Below, piece after piece: positions 55,809 through 64,000 of a DNA stretch of 64,000 bases (positions within the stretch are counted from its first letter, which is position 1; each line of letters opens with the position of its first letter). Position numbers and translations under genes: made by a program. This DNA is from Lytechinus pictus. Taxonomy: Eukaryota. The DNA lies in assembly GCF_037042905.1 (NCBI RefSeq), contig NC_087251.1, positions 32,676,001 to 32,740,000 on the forward strand, given 5' to 3'. Below the pieces are notes generated by a model that saw nothing but the letters and a program-made list of their open reading frames with translations, made no database searches and was not told where the DNA came from.

Positions 55809-57433
55809 TATAGTATACAAATGATGCATGGGTTAGAGTGGGTCAGTAGGAACTGTGTGCACAAGGTAACTTTGGCATGGTTTAACCCACGAAAGAAACC
55901 CATGCATCATCTGTTTTATAGAATGGAAAAAAATTATTGAATAAACCACAAAAATTAATGATTTACCGGATGCATGATAATTTCATGCGTCCGGTAAATT
56001 GAATTTACCGGACGCATGAAAATATTAACTGGACGCATTATTTTTTTTACTGGACGCATGATTTATTACCGGATGCATGAAAATACCAAAATGTAATGCA
56101 GACCCTTTGATAACCCTGGACAACATAAATATGTATGCCTAAATTGATAATATGTTGGCACAAAGGCATTATTATACCCAAAATGCCAGATACAGCTTTG
56201 CATTGACTAGTCTAGATCTATGAGTACCGGTATATGAGGCAGCCTCAGACCTCCAATAGCTGTGTGTGTATGCCCGGGCCGCGCCGGGGGCCAGTGCCTA
56301 CGGCTGCCTGGGCCTGCAGTGGAGATTTGGCTGTGCACAGCCAGCCCAGCTGAAACGTTAGATCGTATGTCTGGACTTCTCAACTAACGAGTTTGCAGGC
56401 AGTTTTAATCCCTATGACAATTACGGTACCGTATTTATACTTACAGATCATTTTGCATCCTTTATTTGATTCATTCTGCCTTGATCGAAAATTCAAAATT
56501 TTGACGTAAACAAGCGTAACAGTACATGCGCGATGACATCACAATGACCTTTTTGGACGATAGCTTGTTTACAGTGGATATCGTTTTGATTATCGGGATA
56601 TCGTTCATGCAGCCCAGTAAAAATTCTTGCATTGCTCTCAACCAATCAGATTGCAGGGATTTTCCCATCCATTCTATAATATACAAATGATGCATGGGTT
56701 AGAGTGGGTCAGTAGGAACTGTGTGCACAAGGTAACTTTGGCATGGTTTAACCCACGAGGCGCAGCCGAGTGGATTTAGACCATAATGCCAAAGTTACCG
56801 CGTGCACACAGTTCCACTGACCCACGAAAGAAACCCATGCATCATCTGTTTTATAGAATGGAAAAAATTTATTGAATAAACGACAAAAATTAATGATTTA
56901 CCGGACGCATGATTTTTTTTACCGGACGCATGATTTATTTACCGGATGCATGAAAATTCCAAAATGTAATGCAGACCCTTTGATAACCCTGGACAACATA
57001 AATATGTATGCCTAACTTGAAAATATGTTGGCACAAAAGCATTATTATACCCAAAATGCTAGATACAGCTTTGCATTGACTAGATATGAGGCAGCCTCGG
57101 CTCAGACCTCCAATTGCTGTGTGTGTATGCCCGGGCCGCGTCGGGGGCCAGCGCCTACGGCTCCTATGACAATTACGGTACCGTATTTGTACTTACAGAT
57201 CATTTTGCATCCTTTATTTGATTCATTCTGCCTTGATCGGAAATTCAAAATTTTGACGTAAACAAGCGTAACAGTACATGCGCGATGACATCACAATGAC
57301 CTTTTCGGGCGATAGCTTGTTTACAGTGAATATCGTTTTGATTATCGAGATATCGTTCATGCAGCCCAGTAAAAATTCTTGCATAGCTCTCAACCAATCA
57401 GATTGCAGGGATTTTCTCATCCATTCTATAATA
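55809..57433. mobile_element. Head-to-tail dimer of a TIR-less element bounded by TATA(A/G)TA (Crypton-like, tentative)
   Basis: Units of 866 and 752 bp; junctions TATAGTATACA (55809), TATAATATACA (56675), TATAATACACA (57427); hairpin with a GAGGCGCAGCCGAG loop; ACCGGACGCATGA repeats. Confidence 0.65.
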
Positions 57434-59256
57434 CACAGTATGCTCTATTTTATCTATAACATTGTGTCATTCATGGATTCTCTTCATGTACATGTATTTG
57501 ACTAGTATCATGATATCTCCATAGGTGATATTTACCAGTAAAAATATGAAAGCTTATTGCAATTTCCAGATAATGATAATTCATTTAATGTATTATTAGC
57601 TTCAAACAGAATAACCTTGATTGTACATTCACAGTTTCACACCATGAGTTGCCTGGTTGATTGAGGTGTTATGATGACAAATGCTAATTGAGGCTGTGTG
57701 CAGTACTGAGTAGATGGTTGAAATGCTTGTATCTTTGGGATTGGTTGGTCAGTAGTGGTAGTGTTGCTATAATTCTGATTAATTTTGATGCAAATTTATT
57801 TGGATATCCAAAATTTGTTTTTATTTGAATTAGAAAATGAAATTTATTTTAAACTTGTGCGTGTCATTAAATGTTTCGACTTTGGAAGCACTGGGGAAAT
57901 ACAACTCTTATCTTCTCCCCCAAGTATGTTATGTGGGATGCAGAACAGGGGGGGGGGGGCTTCCATCTGACTGTATTTTTTTGCATGGTTAGCCCCCCCC
58001 CCCATCTTCAAAATGGTTCCATGGACCCTGTGTCAACATTATAGAGCTGTCTATTGTACATACAAGGAAGGACTGAATACATGTACTGCTTTGGCTTTTT
58101 GTAATAACATTAAAATAATACTGACAAAAACATTCTGAATTTCTGTTGCTGTTTTTTTTTTAATACTAAATTTGAGATACACTCAAGAATATGATGTATT
58201 CACTTTTGTGTACATACAACATGGTGGCCTACTTTAAATCTTTTTTTGTTGTTGACATCTTTGTACACTGTGATTTATCATTCTGCAATAAAATCTTATT
58301 TTTTAATAATATTGCGCATACCGATGCACAACAGTCCCTCTCATAACCTATCATGTCAGCCCTTTGTCCCAGTCCAATAACTACTCTTCCAGTAGATTGC
58401 ACTTTATTATTACATACAAAACATACTATTCCCATGTTGCCTTTGAAGTTTGGTTTGATGCATGGCAGAGAGACAGACCAAAAGAGATGGACAAAGAGAG
58501 AAAGAGAGAGAGGAATGATATAGAAGGCACTGAAGCAATATGTTATTGAATATGGACGGATATAACTATGCAATTCTCTTTCCAAGCCCACTCAATTTAT
58601 TTTATGTAAAGATCCAAAGGTCATGGGTGCCTTTGAATGTAAAGTCCAAGGTGCGGTGATAAATGATATCTTTTGCTTGCCTAGTTATTTTTGAGCAATT
58701 CAAAATCCAAAATTATTTTTTCTGGCTTTATTTGTTCATTATTTGTCTAGCACTAGAATTGTGATATATTGTAATCTTTTAATAATATACATGTACATTT
58801 TTACTTTGTAAATATGATAATATGAGTCTTCGGACTTTTGTCATGTACCATTTTCACAATAAAACCAGAATTGAATTGAATTGAATTGAATTCTGTGTAT
58901 GCTTATTGGCCCTCCAGATATTCATGGAATTTTTTTCTGAAATACTGAATGCAAATAATGGACATATTTGTTATAAAAAATATTTCTAGAACACAGGTGA
59001 ACTGTTTTTGTTAAGGGATAAGTGATGAAATTTTTTAATAATTGTTTTTTGTAATAATTTGAATGATCCTTTCCAACCCCATCTTGTTGGAAATATGTTA
59101 CAGTGTATTCATTTGTATATGATGATCTTCTAGAGGTTCTAAAAACACCTCAATTCAATTTCAAACAGGTTTTTATAAACAACCATTTGACATTCAGATC
59201 TGATAGTGTCTTTTCTAGCAACTGAGCCAGTGCTTTCGAATGATTCTTACAGATAA

Positions 59257-59357
59257 ATCATCATCATCATCATCAAGATCATCACAATAGTCATCGTCAT
59301 CATCATCATCATCAACTTCATCATCATCCCCTTCACCATCATCATCGTTATAATCCT

Positions 59358-59389
<32 letters not shown>

Positions 59390-59425
59390 TCTTCATCATT
59401 ATCACCAGATTATCTTCATCATCAT
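59257..59425 (+). repeat. Degenerate (ATC)n tract near the 3' end of the MLK intron
   Basis: ATCATCATCATC... with CTTC, ACC and GTC variants. Confidence 0.92.
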
Positions 59426-59447
59426 AATTGAACAGTTTTTAGCCTAA

Positions 59448-59687
<240 letters not shown>

Positions 59688-59714
59688 TAGGTTCAGTAAC
59701 AATGATATTTAGTT

Positions 59715-59935
59715 CTTGCATATGCTTCAGCCCAGCAAGCCTTTTCTGAAACAGCGCACAATCATTTCAAGGAATTTATTCCTGTCAGGTGCCCATGTAC
59801 CTTACCTGGGTTGAGTGTAGATGTAGCACAATGTGGATCATTTTGCTGAAGGAAATTATGCCACAAGTGGTTGGGATTCCAACCCATGACCCTCTGTTTC
59901 AACGTCAGAAGACTAATCCACCTGGCCACAATGCT
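59715..59935 (-). mobile_element. SINE, same family as 5422-5699
   Basis: TTCAAGGAATTTATTCCTG...CCTGGGTTGAGTG...TGCTGAAGGAAA...GGGATTCCAACCC aligns by eye with 5550-5670. Confidence 0.72.
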
Positions 59936-61715
59936 TGACAAAGTGTTCCAGGACAGAAACCTTTGTTTAGCCTGGTATTGATTTACTGGTTCAGTCGGAT
60001 GTTTTGGAGAAGTTGAGTGCTGTTTTTACAAAATTTCAACATAAGTAATTGAGTTCAAAATATTTTTTTCGTGGGAGATAAAAATCAACATGAATAAGAG
60101 GAACCATGTACTACTCCCCACTAACAACAGAAACCTTATTCGGATCCCGAAATAACACTAATTGGTGGGGTGTTCATGTAACACCATATTTGGTGTTACA
60201 TTCAAGCATTTGGGTGATTTCAAGTTTAGAGTTGGTGCTGGAAGCACAAATTTGATTGTCTTTCCTTTATCCAATTCCTACTGTAATCTGAGTTTACAAA
60301 TATGATCCAAATCATATTATTGATAGCTCAGTCCCTAGTGACCAGTTTCATTTGAAGTTTGTTGCTATGATGACATAAATATTGACCAAACACTAACACC
60401 TACCAAATTTAAAATCACCCAGTGTATGATTGATGGTGAAAAGCATCTCTGGTAGTGCAGTGTTGTCTGGGAATGGAGGTAACTGAAATACGCATGAAAT
60501 GCATTCTTAGCCTAGTTTTGATTTACAATTTCAGTGGATGTTTTGAGAAGTGGAGTGCAGGTTCTTGTCATGGTTGGTTTAATTAGTTAGCGGTGACATG
60601 TGTAGTGAGTGGATTGATGGTGAAAGTCAACCAGGATGTGAATGGATGGAGGCCCAATTCAGGTGGATGGAGAGATGAATGAGAATGCTGTAGAGATACG
60701 GAGAAGATGAAAATTCCATCCTGTCTTTTATATCAATATTATTTGGATAAGAAAAGGCCACTTTAAAAAAGGGCACAGTTTTTATATTACTACTACAACT
60801 AATTATAAAAATATAAAAAGGGCAAAACTAGGGCAGTGAAAGGGGCATTGACGCCAATCATTTGGGCATTTAAGGCCATAGCCTTGGATACATTAAATGA
60901 GAACTAGAACGATAATGCAAATAAAAATTAAAGGAGGGGGGTCATGAAACAAATTGTATTCAATATAGGTGGAGGAATGTTAGGAAAGAAGATTTGATGG
61001 ATGGATGGATGATAGAAGAGTGAGTGTATACCATTAAGTGGGTTTATGTTAAAATCGCCTATTGATTTATGAGTAATGTAATTATGTGAATACATGGAGA
61101 CCTTTCAGAATATTGTTATAGTCGGGGTCGGTCAATAAATTTGTGGAATGATTGATTTGAAATGAGGTTGATTGAACTGTTCAGTGCATTTTGATAATGA
61201 AGTAATGTCGGCTTTATGTTATGTTTGTAATGTAGCTTGTAAGTGCTCTCAAGCTGCGTTGCAGTAAGGTGCCTTCCCAAGCTGTATTTTTCTAAGGGTT
61301 TGGGCTCTTTACATATTGAGTGGTTAAGTGATGCATATTAGAGAATTTAGAGTACACAGATCATTCAAAAGGTGACATCTTAGTATCACTGAAGCTTGTT
61401 CCCATCATTTTCATTTTGCAAACTAGGCTAAGTGATACGCATGTTTCCATTCACTACCAAGTGAAAGTTCTCTGCCTCCAGCTCAGGGCTGGGCTAAAAT
61501 TGTAGTACTCAGAAGCTCCTGAATTTCATGCATAATTTACAGAAGTTGACTCGGCCCAGCCTGAATTTTAAACTTTAACTGTTTTGTCAGAGTGATACTC
61601 TGCATGTAAACACACTGATTATTTTGGGGGCGTGAACGGGGTCAAGATAGAGGGTTGGCATGTCACATATATTCTAGGATGGTTTTTGTCTCGTTTACAT
61701 TAAAAACCAGACTGA

Positions 61716-62591
61716 GACACCGTTTTCATTTAAATAATCTATAAAACTATTTTACTGGAAATCGGTTCAGGAAACCAGTTTCGAAGATCGCTTTGCTAGC
61801 GTTGCCATTTGATCAGCTGAAAGTGGTTTTCAAAACCACTTCATGAAACGTTTCCTTGTTGCTATGGGAATGCTCTCAGTGCGGGTGACATGTTTCACAT
61901 GAAATTCGAAACCGCAGCATAGACTTTTACTCACAGTGTATGAAGTAGCGCGCTCAAAATGTGCGAAGATTGCTTCCCGATGAATGGTGGTGTCTTCACG
62001 CTAAAACCAGTTTAACGAGGCAAATCGGTCTTGAAAACTACATGTACATCTCAAGGTGGTTTTCCGAATTGGTTTGGAAGATCGCTTCCAAGACCACTTC
62101 GACCGTTCTCATTATGCATTAAACTAGTTTCCAGTAAACTAGTTTTAGGGCGGTAATGAGAACAGGGTCTATGACACCATTCTCATGTAAGTAACATGTA
62201 ATTATAACGGTCGTAGCGGTCTTGGAAGTGATCTTCAAAACTGGTTCAAAAAACCACCTCGCGATGTAGTTTTGAAGATCACTTTGCTTCGTTAAACTGG
62301 TTTTAGCGTAAGTGAGGATACAACCGTTTTAGGGAAGCAATCTTCGCACATTTTGAGTGCGCTACTCCACACACTAAATGTGGAATGCCTACGCTGCGGT
62401 CTCAAATTTCGTGTGAAACATATCACCTCAATGAGAGTGTTCCCATAGCAACAAGACTGCTTTACGTGAAGTGGTTTTGAAAACCACTTTCGGGTGATCA
62501 AATGGGAACGCTAGCAAAGCGATCTTCCAAACTGGTTTCCTGAACCGATTTCCAGTAAAAAAGTTTTAGAAAGTATAATGAGAACGGTTTC
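61716..62591. mobile_element. Two adjacent copies of a ~430-450-bp MITE in inverted orientation
   Basis: Termini GACACC(G/A)TT(T/C)TCAT ... ATGAGAAC; 61750-62100 is the reverse complement of about 62210-62560. Confidence 0.8.
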
Positions 62592-63201
62592 AAGGAGCCA
62601 TGGCTTGGCCCTGCATGAGTTTCTAGTGAGAAAATGCCAGGCTGAGACTACTTGCAGAGGTGAGCCAAATGCCCAGCTGTTTCAGGGCCTGTATTTGACC
62701 TAAAAATAAAAATGCAGTCAATTTTTGCCCAAGCTCAGCTGCAGCTCAGCCTACTTTTTCCACTGTACTATATTGGGCCTAGATCCATTATGTCCAAAAC
62801 AAATCATCCTGTAAATTTTTGTGAGTGAATTAAAAAGTTAATTTATTTGTTATACTTGGAAATGTGACAGATCTACTTGTTTCTGTATAGGAGGATTTCA
62901 AGTTTTTTTCTGAACGCCAAAAGTGATTTACCGTAAATATTTCAAATAAGTCTTAGAGTAAGGTTTACCCACTAGCTTCTACACAATATGGTGGACTGTA
63001 CTTGAATCTCATGAAAATTATTTTGGCAAATTTAATTGCAGCCTACATGTACTTAATGAGGAAATTTCAGGCATGTAATGTGTATACTTCTATGTTGTCT
63101 CAATGAATTACATCATGTATAAAAATTAGATTAGCATGATCCCTCAACAACATCAAAACAGCCGGAAGATATGGAAGAGTGAAATAGCTTAATACCCGGT
63201 A

Positions 63202-63421
63202 CACTGCAAAATATCCGGTGTTGATTTAAGACCAGCCGGGAATATATATATGTCCACACCCGAGAAGTGTTAAACAACGCCGGTTTTGGTATTAGTCAAC
63301 ACCAATTAGTATCAAAACAGCATCGGTTTGATTCCAAACTGGTGTTGTTTCAATACTTCTCTGGTGTGGACATATATAGATTCCGAGCTGGTGTTAAATC
63401 AACACCAGAGTCTTTGCAGTG
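63202..63421. mobile_element. Fold-back MITE with CACTG...CAGTG termini and TA flanks (EnSpm/CACTA-like, tentative)
   Basis: About 90-bp imperfect inverted arms; TA|CACTGCAAA ... TTTGCAGTG|TA. Confidence 0.8.
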
Positions 63422-63766
63422 TACTGTACATGTGTATCCAGGGTGATGTACAGGGTGTTATTGACTGTATTTTTTTTCTTTCTCTCTTCCACTCTTCCCA
63501 TGCCTGACAATATCGGTCAGACTGCTTTGAAAATTTAACCACTAATTATTTAAAAAATTGATGAACATTTTTAGATTAAAAAGTTAATTTGATAGTATGT
63601 TAAAATGGTGTGCATCTTAAAGATACCAATCATAAAGTGTCTCATCAATGCAAAATATTTAATATTTCAATACCAGTAATGCAAAATCTATAAATGGTCA
63701 ATTTAACTCCTTGTTAGGTAATTATATTGTAATATTCTACTAACTAGTCAAATCTTAGCTACTGTC

Positions 63767-63847
63767 GGGCAATTCCATAAAATATGTACATCCGAGAAAA
63801 ATGGGGGTCAGATGTACAAAAAGGTTGATTATTTTATGGAATTGCCC
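63767..63847. mobile_element. Short MITE
   Basis: 17-bp TIR GGGCAATTCCATAAAAT / ATTTTATGGAATTGCCC. Confidence 0.65.
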
Positions 63848-64000
63848 TATGTGAAAACTGTAGTTTTGGGTTCTCTCCTTATGAATGTTGGCCCTACATA
63901 CATGTATGAAATTGAAATCTCATTTTATAACCTATCTTGTTACATTAATTTTTTTTTCAGCTATTCATACACAAATTCATATTTACTTTCATTTTTAAAA

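Noticed and set aside
63961..64000. MLK exon 3 start after ttttttcag|CTAT
   Set aside because: Begins S-Y but does not continue as the expected YGVLLWELL; the true exon probably lies beyond the window.

Overview
AT-rich, intron-rich animal genomic DNA, probably a deuterostome invertebrate such as a sea urchin (inferred from the proteins and repeat types, not shown directly). Two genes are transcribed divergently. On the minus strand is the 5' half of a Pecanex (PCNX) gene: 9 phase-compatible coding exons from the ATG at 26437 down to 317, continuing past the left edge. On the plus strand is a mixed-lineage kinase (MLK, MAP3K9/10/11/21 family): an SH3 plus kinase N-lobe exon at 31984-32752, a 26,753-nt intron, and a DFG/APE exon at 59506-59686, continuing past the right edge. 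The rest is dense in non-autonomous DNA transposons (Kolobok-like with TTAA, hAT-like with 8-bp TSD, Harbinger-like with CWG), tRNA-derived SINEs, RTE and CR1 remnants, a Penelope fragment carrying minimal hammerhead ribozymes, and simple repeats. Main observations: (1) mutually complementary (GAT)n and (ATC)n tracts sit at the two ends of the giant MLK intron and may form an RNA bridge for splicing; (2) the PCNX-MLK head-to-head pair matches three human paralogous loci; (3) a hammerhead lies in sense orientation in the PCNX pre-mRNA; (4) an exact 56-bp copy of a PCNX splice acceptor and exon start lies in another intron; (5) there is a candidate internal bidirectional promoter in PCNX intron 1. 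Exon boundaries were read by eye; no database search or folding was run.
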